The notes beneath the pieces were generated by a model that was given only the letters and a program-made list of their open reading frames with translations, searched no databases and was not told where the DNA came from. This document shows positions 38,863-48,440 of a DNA stretch of 64,000 bases, one piece after another; position 1 is the stretch's first letter, and each line of letters begins with the position of its first letter. Location: assembly GCA_964426525.1 (NCBI GenBank), contig CAYRQL010000002.1:12753-76752 (forward strand), written 5' to 3'. The position numbers and the translations under genes are program-made. This DNA comes from an uncultured Actinomycetota bacterium (GTDB taxonomy: Bacteria; Actinomycetota; Aquicultoria; SKW223; CALKMS01).

Positions 38863-40452
38863 TTGAGAATGAAATTTTTTAATCCTAAAATAGCTGAAGA
38901 AATTGTTCTGGAAGCCTTAAAGCAAAAAGTAACCTCCAAAAAAGAGCTTTTGCAGGTCGAAAGAGACACTTTGAGAAAGTATGGCTTACCCTTGCCTAAA
39001 GGGCCTGAGCTTTTTGAGGCTTATCAAAATCTGTTGAAGCGAAGAGTTGTTGAAAAGTCAGTATCTCTGGAAAAAGTGCTTAAATTTAATCCCATAAGAA
39101 GCCTTTCTGGAGTCGCTACTATTTCTATTCTCACTCCTGGACTTGCTTGCAAAAATACCTGCCTTTACTGCCCAACTGAAGAAGAAATGCCCAAGAGCTA
39201 TTTCTCTACCGAGCCGGCCGTAAAAAGAGCTATTATGTGTGATTTCGATCCCAAAAAACAAGTTAAAGCCCGTCTTTACTCACTTAAAGTTAACGGTCAT
39301 TCAACCGATAAAATTGAACTCATTATCCTTGGCGGAACTTTCTCTCACTTGGACCCCGAACGCAGAAAAAAATTTGTTAAACAAGCCCTTGACGCTTTAA
39401 ATGGCTGCAACTCACCCAATTTGGAAAAAGCCCAAGAAATAAACGAAAGTGCTCCTTCTCGCTGTATTGGATTAACCATTGAAACCCGGCCAGACAGCAT
39501 AACTGAAAGAGAAATTATCAACCTGAGAGAGCTTGGAGTAACCAGAGTTGAACTCGGTGTTCAGACAATTTATGACGATGTCCTAAAGACAATTAAAAGA
39601 GGCCATTTAGTTGATAAAACCATAAAAGCAACTTTTTTGCTTCGAGAAGCTGGATTTAAAGTTGGTTATCATCTTATGCCTGGCCTACCAGGTAGTAATA
39701 CAAAAAGAGACCTCGAAATGTTTAAAACAGTTTTTACTAATCCAGACTTTAAACCAGACTACTTAAAAATTTATCCCTGCGTGGTGGTTGAAAAGTCTGA
39801 ACTTTATGAATGGTGGGAGAAAGGGTTGTTTGCCCCTGTTAAACAAAAAGAAATGGTAGAACTTTTGATAGAAATAAAAAAAATTGTTCCTTACTATTTG
39901 AGAATTTCTCGCTTATTCCGCGACATTCCTTCGTTCCAAATTAAAGCCGGTGTAAATCTCTCGAATCTAAGACAACTTGTTCAAGCTGAACTAAAAAAGC
40001 GAGGGCTGCGTTGTAACTGCATTCGCTGTCGCGAACCGCGAGAAAAACTCATAACGGAAATTCAGCTTTTCCGTCAGGACTATGAAGCAGCCAGAGGAAA
40101 AGAAGTTTTCTTAAGTTTTGAAGACCCTGAAAGGCGCCACTTGATTGCTTTCTTACGCCTCCGCCAGCCCGCTTATTTGAAAAACTATAGCAAACCCCTG
40201 TTTGATTCATTAAGTGACTCAGCTATTGTTCGAGAGCTCCACACCTACGGTGAAGCATTACCCATTGGAAAAAAAAGTAAAGCTCTGCAGCATCAGGGTT
40301 TAGGAAAAAAGCTCCTTTTTGAAGCGGAAAAGATTGCCCAAAAAGAATGGGGAGTCAACAAAATTGCAGTAATTTCTGGTGTTGGAGTTAGAGAGTATTA
40401 TCGCAGTCTCGGCTATCAACTCAAAGACACTTATATGGTAAAGGAGTTATAA
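38863..40452 (+). CDS. elp3: Elp3-family tRNA uridine(34) acetyltransferase (radical SAM + KAT); possible start ATG 38869
   Basis: RSLSGVA, CKNTCLYCP, DKIELIILGGTF, IETRPD, TRVELGVQ, LKIYP, VRELHTYG, QHQGLG, VISGVGVREYYRSLGY. Confidence 0.93.
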   Translation: MRMKFFNPKIAEEIVLEALKQKVTSKKELLQVERDTLRKYGLPLPKGPELFEAYQNLLKRRVVEKSVSLEKVLKFNPIRSLSGVATISILTPGLACKNTCLYCPTEEEMPKSYFSTEPAVKRAIMCDFDPKKQVKARLYSLKVNGHSTDKIELIILGGTFSHLDPERRKKFVKQALDALNGCNSPNLEKAQEINESAPSRCIGLTIETRPDSITEREIINLRELGVTRVELGVQTIYDDVLKTIKRGHLVDKTIKATFLLREAGFKVGYHLMPGLPGSNTKRDLEMFKTVFTNPDFKPDYLKIYPCVVVEKSELYEWWEKGLFAPVKQKEMVELLIEIKKIVPYYLRISRLFRDIPSFQIKAGVNLSNLRQLVQAELKKRGLRCNCIRCREPREKLITEIQLFRQDYEAARGKEVFLSFEDPERRHLIAFLRLRQPAYLKNYSKPLFDSLSDSAIVRELHTYGEALPIGKKSKALQHQGLGKKLLFEAEKIAQKEWGVNKIAVISGVGVREYYRSLGYQLKDTYMVKEL

Positions 40453-40519
40453 ATTTAAGTAAACAAACAAGAAATAACCGTATAAAAACTGTTAATCATT
40501 TAAAAAATTTTAATTAAAT

Positions 40520-40548
40520 TTGACACTTCGTTAAGATATTAGTAAAAT
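40520..40548 (+). promoter_or_regulatory. Near-consensus sigma70 promoter, probably giving a leaderless mRNA
   Basis: TTGACA-17 bp-TAAAAT, 7 nt before the GTG at 40556. Confidence 0.7.
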
Positions 40549-40555
40549 TTATGTC

Positions 40556-41038
40556 GTGATAAAATTAATTTACACCTTTTTCCTTGGCTTGTTGGTTGCC
40601 CTTTTCATTGGTGCCGGTATTGCTGCTTTTTACCCAGAACCAAAAGAACCTAACTACCCAAAAATCCTCGAGAAAACTGAAATGACCCCCGGAACCACTG
40701 AAACCCCAAAGATAAGAGAAGCCCGGATAAAATTTGATAAAGAAGTAAAAGATTACGTAAAGAAACTTGCTCTTTACAACCGCAATGTTTCTATTATTTC
40801 TTTAGTTTTCTCCTTAATAATACTTACCCTTAGCTTGGTTTTACTCGACAAGCTCTTGATAATTTCTGACGGACTATTGCTCGGTGGCGTCTTTACTCTC
40901 GCTTACAGCATCATTCGGGGTTTTAGCAGCGAAGACGAAAAGTACCGATTCATTGTTGTAAGTATTGGTCTTTTAATTTCTCTTTTTCTTGGATATGTAA
41001 AATTCATCAAGCCAAGCGGAAAAAAAGTAAATAGTTAA
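40556..41038 (+). CDS. Hypothetical 4-TM membrane protein
   Basis: TM helix, extracellular YPEPKEP loop, YNRNVSI, then three TM helices; has its own strong promoter. Confidence 0.75.
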   Translation: MIKLIYTFFLGLLVALFIGAGIAAFYPEPKEPNYPKILEKTEMTPGTTETPKIREARIKFDKEVKDYVKKLALYNRNVSIISLVFSLIILTLSLVLLDKLLIISDGLLLGGVFTLAYSIIRGFSSEDEKYRFIVVSIGLLISLFLGYVKFIKPSGKKVNS

Positions 41039-41150
41039 TCAGCCTGTATTTCAACTAACTATATTTTTTAAAATCCTGAGATTGATAGTTATTAATACTC
41101 ATAACATAGTTTTGTAAGATTGGAAATAAACCAATCGCTAAATCCCAAAA

Positions 41151-41804
41151 CTATCCTAAAAGCAAATCAAGGTTTTCTCTAAGTTCAATCAAATCCCTAA
41201 AAAGCCAATCAGGTTTTTTCTTTAACAAACTTTCCCGGCTTATCCCACCAGTTAACAACGCCACTACTTTTATTTCCCCTCTTTTTGCTGCTTGGATATC
41301 CCAGACACTATCACCAACAGCAATCACTTCATTAGCGCTTAAACCAATTTTCTTAGAAGCTTTTAAAAAGACCTCAGGGTGAGGCTTGTGATGGATAACT
41401 TCTTCTACTGTAGTATAAGCCTCAACAAAGCTTTTAATCTTAAACCGTTTTAAATAATGCTCAACAAATTGAGCCTTGGTTGATGTGGCTAAAGCAATTG
41501 AAAGTCCACGTTTTTTAATTTCCTGAAAAAGTTCTAGTAAACCCGGAAAAGCTTCTACTTTAAAAATTAATTTTTCAAAATTTTGAGTATGCCCCTGAAT
41601 AACCTTAATTTTTTTCTCTTCTTCAAAGGATTTGCCTAAAACTTCATCGACTATCTGCCGAGCTCCTTTGCCAATCAAGTTTTGAATTACAACTTTTTCA
41701 ACTTTAATTCCAATCGCTTCAAAAGCTTTTTGCCAGCACTCAACATGATAACTATTACTGTTGACTAAAGTTCCATCAACATCGAAAACAAAGCCTTTAA
41801 CCAT
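41151..41804 (-). CDS. HAD-superfamily hydrolase (phosphatase)
   Basis: FDVDGTL, ATS, KPHPEVF, GDSVWD. Confidence 0.92.
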   Translation of the reverse strand: MVKGFVFDVDGTLVNSNSYHVECWQKAFEAIGIKVEKVVIQNLIGKGARQIVDEVLGKSFEEEKKIKVIQGHTQNFEKLIFKVEAFPGLLELFQEIKKRGLSIALATSTKAQFVEHYLKRFKIKSFVEAYTTVEEVIHHKPHPEVFLKASKKIGLSANEVIAVGDSVWDIQAAKRGEIKVVALLTGGISRESLLKKKPDWLFRDLIELRENLDLLLG

Positions 41805-42678
41805 AAACAGACTTTTTTACACCACCCTTCAAAACAGAATTCTTCACTAAACTCCGGACAAAATTAAGATTCATCAGATCATCTTCAAGAGTCATCTTTG
41901 GCGTTTCCAGAATGCAGGAAATTTTAGCAAACCGTGGCTCATTCACTAAATAACTAAAACCTGACTCGCCAATTTTGCCTTGACCTAAATGAGCATGCCT
42001 ATCCCGACCAGAACCAAGTTGATAATAAGAATCGTTGGCGTGAACAAGCTTTAAAAAGCTAAATCCATCATTTACTTCAAGTTCAGCAAAGATTTTTTTC
42101 CAGCCTGACGGTTTGGACAAATCGTAACCAGCAGCAAAAGCGTGAGCAGTATCCAGGCAAATTCCCAGATGGTTTGAGAGTCCGCTTTCACCAATAAAAT
42201 TAGCTAAATTAACCAGAGAAGAACAATAGGAGTCTTTTTGAGCTACATTTTCCAGAAGCAAAACCGGCTTTTTGCTTAAAAAACGAGAAAAAACAAACTC
42301 CAGGCTTTCCAACAAAAGTTTTTTGTAAGCTGAAGAGCTAAGCAAAGAGTTGCTGCCAGGATGAGTAACAACAAAATCAGCCCCTAAACTTTTTCCAACT
42401 TTTAAATGTTCAATTATTGAAAGTGACGATTTTAATCTTAAAGAGAAGCTATTAGAAACCAAATTTACAAGGTAGGGAGTATGGATAACCAAAGGTGATA
42501 TTCCTTCCAGACTTAAACACTTCCTAAAAGTAGTTATTTCTTTAGGTTTAAAAACAGAAGCAGACCAGCTTCTTGGCGACTGAATAAAAATTTGAATAGT
42601 TTCACAGTTTCTTTTTTTAGCTTCTTCAACGAGCATTAATAGGCCGCGGGAAATAGAAAGGTGAACACCGAAGTTCAA
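41797..42678 (-). CDS. nfo: Endonuclease IV; start re-assigned to TTG at 42678 (the ORF track extends it into argS)
   Basis: GVHLS, IHTPYLVNL, HPGS, LLEN, CLDTAH, HANDS, DRHAHLG, ILETP. Confidence 0.93.
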   Translation of the reverse strand: MNFGVHLSISRGLLMLVEEAKKRNCETIQIFIQSPRSWSASVFKPKEITTFRKCLSLEGISPLVIHTPYLVNLVSNSFSLRLKSSLSIIEHLKVGKSLGADFVVTHPGSNSLLSSSAYKKLLLESLEFVFSRFLSKKPVLLLENVAQKDSYCSSLVNLANFIGESGLSNHLGICLDTAHAFAAGYDLSKPSGWKKIFAELEVNDGFSFLKLVHANDSYYQLGSGRDRHAHLGQGKIGESGFSYLVNEPRFAKISCILETPKMTLEDDLMNLNFVRSLVKNSVLKGGVKKSVYG

Positions 42679-42685
42679 GCAAGCC

Positions 42686-44347
42686 TCACATTTTATTTGG
42701 CGCTTGAATCCCCAGCAAGCGCAAAGTTTCACTCAAGACAATTTTAGTTGCCCTGGAAAGAAGAAGGCGAGCTTCTTCCAATCTTCCTTCAGCCCCAATT
42801 ACCCGACATTCGGTGTAGAAAACATGAAAAAGTGAAGCCAGTTCCAGTGCATAATTAGTCAAGCGAAAAGGCGCTCGCGTCCGAGCAGCAATTTCCACCA
42901 CATAAGGAAAAAGAAAAAGTTTTTTAGCTAAGTTTATCTCTTCTTTTTCCCTTAATTCCTCCAGGCTATCCAAAGCAAGAGATTTTAAATTAATCCCTTT
43001 TTCTTTTGCCTTGCGAAAAAGCGAAGCTAAACGAGCATGAGCATACTGAATATAGAAAACCGGGTTTTCACTTGACTCTTTTTTGGCTACCTCGATGTCG
43101 AAATCGAGCGGAGAATTGGTATCCCGAGAAGCAAAGTAATACCGAATAACATCAGCACCCACTTCTTCCATTAATTCTTCCAGAGTTATCATTTCACCTG
43201 TCCTTTTAGACATTTTAACTGGCTGACCTGCTCGATAAAGATTAACTAATTGCCCAATGATGACTTCTAAAAAGTCTTCTTCATAACCGAGCGCTTTCAT
43301 TGCCGCTTTCATTCGAGAAACATATCCATGGTGGTCGGCTCCCCAGATATCAATGACTTTTTTAAAACCCCTTTCTCGTTTGTCAAAATGATAAGCAATA
43401 TCAGCTGCAAAATAAGTTGGCTCTCCCGATTCTCTAATTAAAACCCGGTCTTTGTCGTCGCCAAAATGAGTAGTTTTAAGCCAAACTGCTCCATCTTTTT
43501 CGTAAACAAAACCTTTGCTTCGCAATAGTTCAATCGTTTTTTCAATCTTATTTTCCTGATAAAGACTTCGCTCTTTAAACCAGATGTCAAACCTAACTCC
43601 AAGCCTAAGAAGAGTTTTCTCCAGATGAGCCAAAACCTGCTCATAAGCCAGTTCTCGAAAAGCTTTTTCTCTTTCACTAGCCTCCCAATTAACAAATTTA
43701 TCGCCAAAACGGTTGATTATTTCTTGAGCAATGTCGTAAACATAGTGGCCGCGATAACCTTTTTCAGGAAACTCAATCTCCTTTCCTAAAAGTTCCAGAT
43801 AACGAGCGCTAACTGACTGGGCAAATACCTCCATCTGAGTCCCGGCATCGTTAACATAAAACTCTCTTATCACTCGATATCCAAGTTTTTCCAGTAAATT
43901 AGCTAGTGAATCTCCAACAGCTGCCCAACGCCCGTGACCAAGATGTAAAGGGCCGACTGGATTGGCACTTACAAACTCAACCTGGACCATTTCGCCTTGG
44001 CCCAAATCTTGCTGACCGTAATCGGCACCACAACTTAAAATCTCTGAAAGCTCCTGAGCAATATAAGTTGGAGAAAGAAAAAAATTAATAAAGCCTCCTC
44101 CAGCTGTCTCCATCTTCTCTACCAAGGGAGAAGCTGGTATCTCCTCAACAAGAATTTTAGCGATTTCCATTGGTTTCTTTTTTACTTCTTGAGATAAAAG
44201 AAAAGCAATATTGGTTGCCCAATCACCAAAGTTCGAAGGTGGTACCTCTATTGAAAAAGGAGGTAAAATTTTAAAATTTAAAAAGCCTTTGCTTCTAGCT
44301 TTTTTACATCCTTCAATAATTAACTCTTCAAGCTTGTTTAATATCAA
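42686..44347 (-). CDS. argS: Arginine--tRNA ligase
   Basis: FGDWATN, EFVSANPVGPLHLGH, YVNDAG, YFAADIAY, KMSKRTG, YIQYAHAR. Confidence 0.98.
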   Translation of the reverse strand: MILNKLEELIIEGCKKARSKGFLNFKILPPFSIEVPPSNFGDWATNIAFLLSQEVKKKPMEIAKILVEEIPASPLVEKMETAGGGFINFFLSPTYIAQELSEILSCGADYGQQDLGQGEMVQVEFVSANPVGPLHLGHGRWAAVGDSLANLLEKLGYRVIREFYVNDAGTQMEVFAQSVSARYLELLGKEIEFPEKGYRGHYVYDIAQEIINRFGDKFVNWEASEREKAFRELAYEQVLAHLEKTLLRLGVRFDIWFKERSLYQENKIEKTIELLRSKGFVYEKDGAVWLKTTHFGDDKDRVLIRESGEPTYFAADIAYHFDKRERGFKKVIDIWGADHHGYVSRMKAAMKALGYEEDFLEVIIGQLVNLYRAGQPVKMSKRTGEMITLEELMEEVGADVIRYYFASRDTNSPLDFDIEVAKKESSENPVFYIQYAHARLASLFRKAKEKGINLKSLALDSLEELREKEEINLAKKLFLFPYVVEIAARTRAPFRLTNYALELASLFHVFYTECRVIGAEGRLEEARLLLSRATKIVLSETLRLLGIQAPNKM

Positions 44348-44356
44348 AAAAACCTC

Positions 44357-45544
44357 TTAAAACCGATAATCAGTTTTTTCTGCCAAAACAACTTCAACTT
44401 CAATTTTCTTCCCATCTCTGATTATTCCTAACTTCACTTTCTCGCCAACTTTGTGTCTTCTGGTCTCAATAATTAAATCATCCATGCTGGCAATTTCTTT
44501 ATTGTTGAAAGAAATTATTATATCACCTGGCGTTATACCTGCTTCATCAGCTGGCGTTCCAGGAAAAACATTGGCTACCAAAGCTCCTTTGCTAACCGTC
44601 AAGCCTTTTTCCTGCGCAACTTCAGGTGTCACTGAAACACCACTTACACCCAAAAAAGGATGTTGAACTTTTTTCTGAGCAATTAACTGCCCAGCTACAT
44701 CAAGAGCCGTATCAATTGGAATAGCAAAGCCTATCCCCTGATAGCCCTCGGTCCGAGAGTAAATCAAGGTGTTTACTCCAATTACCTCGCCTTTAGCATT
44801 AAGAAGAGCTCCACCGCTATTACCAGGATTAATTGCTGCATCAGTTTGAATCAAATTAACGAAAGTTATTGTCCTACCTTCTTCGCTGTCAGTAGTTACC
44901 GTGCGATTAAGGGCACTTACAACACCAGAAGTCACAGTATAATCAAACCCAAAAGGGCTACCAATAGCTACCACTAATTCCCCTACCTTCAAGTTTCTTG
45001 AAGTTCCAATCTCGGCTGCCTGCAAATCTTTTTTCTCCACTTTAACAACCGCAATATCGCTTTCAACATCGCTTCCTATCACTTTTCCCTTAACCATATC
45101 ACCATTGTGAAAAGTAACTGTAATATTAGTAGCCCCAGAGACCACATGGTTATTGGTTAAGATATAACCATCAGAACGAAAAACAACACCAGAGCCTATG
45201 CCTTTTACCAGACGCCTGGACTCAAAAAACGGGGCAAAAAAATCAGGGTGATAAGCAATCTTTTCTACTTTAATACTTACCACCGCTGGTCGTGCTTTTT
45301 GAGCAATCGCTACCACTGGATTGCTGTCTTTATAGCTTAAAACTATACGTTGATCTTGAGATTTAGTGCTATTTTTACTTAGTAAAGAAAATAAATCTTT
45401 CTTAAAAAAAGTGAAGAAAAGGCCTAAAAAAACTAAGCTAACAATAAGCAAAGTCACCAAAACGCTAATCGAAGAAGATATAAAAATAATTTTCCAAGTC
45501 TTTTTTCTATCCTTCACAAGATTGGATTCACTTGTTTCTTCCAT
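44357..45544 (-). CDS. htrA: HtrA/DegP family serine protease with a PDZ domain
   Basis: TM anchor; TNNHVV, SDIAVV, QTDAAINPGNSGGAL, PDZ domain. Confidence 0.93.
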   Translation of the reverse strand: MEETSESNLVKDRKKTWKIIFISSSISVLVTLLIVSLVFLGLFFTFFKKDLFSLLSKNSTKSQDQRIVLSYKDSNPVVAIAQKARPAVVSIKVEKIAYHPDFFAPFFESRRLVKGIGSGVVFRSDGYILTNNHVVSGATNITVTFHNGDMVKGKVIGSDVESDIAVVKVEKKDLQAAEIGTSRNLKVGELVVAIGSPFGFDYTVTSGVVSALNRTVTTDSEEGRTITFVNLIQTDAAINPGNSGGALLNAKGEVIGVNTLIYSRTEGYQGIGFAIPIDTALDVAGQLIAQKKVQHPFLGVSGVSVTPEVAQEKGLTVSKGALVANVFPGTPADEAGITPGDIIISFNNKEIASMDDLIIETRRHKVGEKVKLGIIRDGKKIEVEVVLAEKTDYRF

Positions 45545-45636
45545 TTTTCATCACCTCTCTAACTTAAATTATTTTAACAAAGAAGCTGAAAAAAAGCTGA
45601 AAAAGAGGCTCTGAAAAATTTTAAATTCGATTAGGT

Positions 45637-47004
45637 TTAGCCCAGCCCAACCAGAGCTAAAAGAGCGTTTTGAATAAAGGGTATAGTTAAGAGGGAAAAA
45701 ACTACAAAGTAAAGAGAGCCAATTAACCAGGGGGACGGCTCTTTTATAACCTGTCTGCCTTCCTCAAAATACATACTCTTTATAACTCTCAAGTAATAGC
45801 CAAAAGAAAGAACTGAGTTGGTCAACCCGAACAATGCCAGCACAAGTTGGTTGTTTTGAATTGCTGTCTGAAAAAGATAAAGCTTACCAAAAAAGCCAGC
45901 CAAGGGGGGCATACCGCCTAGAGAAAGCAAACAAACCGAAAGGGCCAAAGCTAAAAATGGTGAGGAGCGATGAAGCCCCTCGAACTTTTTTAATTCGGCT
46001 TTTTCCTGTCCGCAAACCCCCGAAATTATCAAAAAGACACCAAGGTTAGCGAGAGCATAAACAAAGAGATAAAAGAAAATAGCAGTAGTCGGGAGTTGAG
46101 CACCCCCAGTAAAACCAACTAGGGGAATCAAAAGATAACCAGCATGAACAATGCCTGAATAAGCCATCATTCTTTTTAAGTTGTCCTGAGTTAAAGCAGC
46201 TAAGTTGCCAAAAGTCATCGAAATAAGAGATAGAACAAAGAAAAAGCTAATTAAAGAAGCGCCTAAGTTTGAAGCGAAAGCAAATACTACTCTTAAAATT
46301 GCTACCATTGCCGCCAACTTGGAAACTGTTGCTAGAAAACCAGCAACTTGCGGGGTAGAAGCTTCATAAGTATCAGGCGCCCAGAAATGAAATGGGAAAA
46401 TTGTGGCTTTAAAAGAAAGACCAGAAACAAAAAGAACAAAACCAAAGAAAAGCAAAGCCATCAGAGAAGGTGTTTGGGTAAAAAACTGAGCAATAGAAAG
46501 GTAGGAAAAGCCAAAAACCATCAACCCGAGAAAAACTAAACCCATAACTAAATATTTAAAGGCTCCTTCCTGTGCCAATCGCTTTCCACTAAAAGCCACT
46601 AGTGAATAAGTCGGGATTGTCATTAACTCAAGAGCAATAATAATCAAGATAAGATGATTAACAGATAAAAGGAAAGAAGCGCCAACCAAAGAGAAAAGAA
46701 GGAGAGAGTAGAAAAGCGATTCCTTTTTGAGGTTACGGAAATAATCAATAGAAGAAAGAACAACTAACAAAGCCAGTAAATAAACAAAAAATCTCCCGGC
46801 AACTGCAAAGCGATCAACGGCCAGGCTGCGATGGAAAAACAAGCCGGTTTGGGGAATAAAAGAGTTAAGAAATAAAGCAACCAAAAGAGCTAAAACTGTC
46901 AATAAACCAGCCCAGGGGAAACGGCGGTTGCTAACAAAAAGAATAACTATAGCAGCAATTATAAGGGCTATCTCCGGTAAAACAGCCAAAAAGTCCTGGT
47001 TCAT
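45637..47004 (-). CDS. nuoN: Complex I subunit N
   Basis: LELMTIP, FKATIFPFHFWAPD, RMMAYSGIVHAGY, GMPPLAGFFGK. Confidence 0.95.
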   Translation of the reverse strand: MNQDFLAVLPEIALIIAAIVILFVSNRRFPWAGLLTVLALLVALFLNSFIPQTGLFFHRSLAVDRFAVAGRFFVYLLALLVVLSSIDYFRNLKKESLFYSLLLFSLVGASFLLSVNHLILIIIALELMTIPTYSLVAFSGKRLAQEGAFKYLVMGLVFLGLMVFGFSYLSIAQFFTQTPSLMALLFFGFVLFVSGLSFKATIFPFHFWAPDTYEASTPQVAGFLATVSKLAAMVAILRVVFAFASNLGASLISFFFVLSLISMTFGNLAALTQDNLKRMMAYSGIVHAGYLLIPLVGFTGGAQLPTTAIFFYLFVYALANLGVFLIISGVCGQEKAELKKFEGLHRSSPFLALALSVCLLSLGGMPPLAGFFGKLYLFQTAIQNNQLVLALFGLTNSVLSFGYYLRVIKSMYFEEGRQVIKEPSPWLIGSLYFVVFSLLTIPFIQNALLALVGLG

Positions 47005-48425
47005 CTCAAAGCCCCCTTCTCTAATAAAGCACTAACAGTCTGCCAGGTAAGGCTAAAAACACCAGCCGGTAAAACGCCTAGAATTATAGTCATGAGAATC
47101 AAAGGAAAAACTGCTAATTTTTCACTTAGCGAAAGGTCAGCAAGAACCAGCTGGCTTTCGCTTCTTTCGCCGTAAAGAACCTTTTCTACCAGACGTAGAA
47201 AAACTAAAGCATCAAATAGAAGGCCAATCACGCCAAAGCCTAATATCCAACCAAAGGCTTTCCAGGCTCCCAAAAAAGCAGTAAACTCACCTACAAAGTT
47301 AGCCAGACCAGGCAAACCCAGAGAAGCAAAAGAACCAACAATTAAAGCACCAGAAATAAGTGGTAGATAAGAAGCAATGCCTCCCAATTTGTTGAGGTCT
47401 CGAGTGTGAAAGCGGTGATAAACCAAACCAACCATCAAAAAGAGAAGCGGAGTTACCACCCCATGAGCTAACATTTGAAATAAAGCTCCCATAGCACCCC
47501 AGAACTTCAATGAAGCAATGCCTATAACAGCTACCCCCATATGACTTACACTGGTATAAGCAACGATTTTCTTTATATCATTTTGAGTCAGCGCCATTAT
47601 TCCACCGTAAATCAAACCAGCCAGACCAAGATAAAAAAGGAAAACTTCCTTTCCGTGATAAGTAGTCCCCAGCAAAGGTAGTAAAAACCTCATAAAGCCA
47701 TAAACTCCCATTTTTAAAAGAACACCAGCCAGCATCATACTCCCGGGGGTAGGAGCTTCTACATGAGCATCAGGAAGCCAGGTATGAAAAGGAAAGACTG
47801 GTATTTTCACAGCAAAACCAAGGAAAAACAGCCAGAAAGTAAAGGCAGGTAGAAAGCCTTTCCAGGTTTCAAAAGAAAATGTCCCGGAATAAAAATAACC
47901 AATTAAGCCAGCCATTAACAAAAAAACACTACCAGCTAGAGTATAAAGAAAGAATTTATTAGCTGCGTAGCGTCGATTTTCCCCACCCCAAATACCTATG
48001 ATGAAATACATCGGAATTAATACTGTTTCCCAGAAAAGATAAAAAAGAACAAAGTCAAAAGCGATAAAGACACCGATTAGGGAAGCTTCAAGAAGTAAAA
48101 GGAAAAAGTAGTAGAGTTGCTCCCGTTTTTTTATATCCCAGGAAGCCCAGACCGAAATCAAAGAAAGAAAGGTAGTCAAGAGAACTAATGAGTAACTCAA
48201 GCCATCAAGCCTAAGATAATAATTAATGCTTAACGCTTTTACCCATTTAATTTGCTGAGTAAAGACATCAAGATTATTAAGATAGCCAAGAGGAATTAAA
48301 GACTCAATAAAAGTTAAAAATGAGGTTAAAATAGCAATTCTTCGAGCAGTTTTACGGTCTGGCATAGCTAAAGCTATTAGACCACCAACAAAAGGCGTTA
48401 ACCAAAGAAATGTCAGCAAGTTCAA
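47001..48425 (-). CDS. nuoM: Complex I subunit M
   Basis: DGLS, FWETVLIP, VKIPVFPFHTWLPDAHVEAP, LKMGVYG, GLPGLANFVGEF. Confidence 0.95.
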   Translation of the reverse strand: MNLLTFLWLTPFVGGLIALAMPDRKTARRIAILTSFLTFIESLIPLGYLNNLDVFTQQIKWVKALSINYYLRLDGLSYSLVLLTTFLSLISVWASWDIKKREQLYYFFLLLLEASLIGVFIAFDFVLFYLFWETVLIPMYFIIGIWGGENRRYAANKFFLYTLAGSVFLLMAGLIGYFYSGTFSFETWKGFLPAFTFWLFFLGFAVKIPVFPFHTWLPDAHVEAPTPGSMMLAGVLLKMGVYGFMRFLLPLLGTTYHGKEVFLFYLGLAGLIYGGIMALTQNDIKKIVAYTSVSHMGVAVIGIASLKFWGAMGALFQMLAHGVVTPLLFLMVGLVYHRFHTRDLNKLGGIASYLPLISGALIVGSFASLGLPGLANFVGEFTAFLGAWKAFGWILGFGVIGLLFDALVFLRLVEKVLYGERSESQLVLADLSLSEKLAVFPLILMTIILGVLPAGVFSLTWQTVSALLEKGALR

Positions 48426-48440
48426 ATCCCTTTCACCTCG

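Noticed and set aside
42679-42732. Cys-rich N-terminal extension of Nfo (MKLCACWG...)
   Set aside because: It overlaps the argS 3' end; TTG at 42678 gives a normal-length Nfo.
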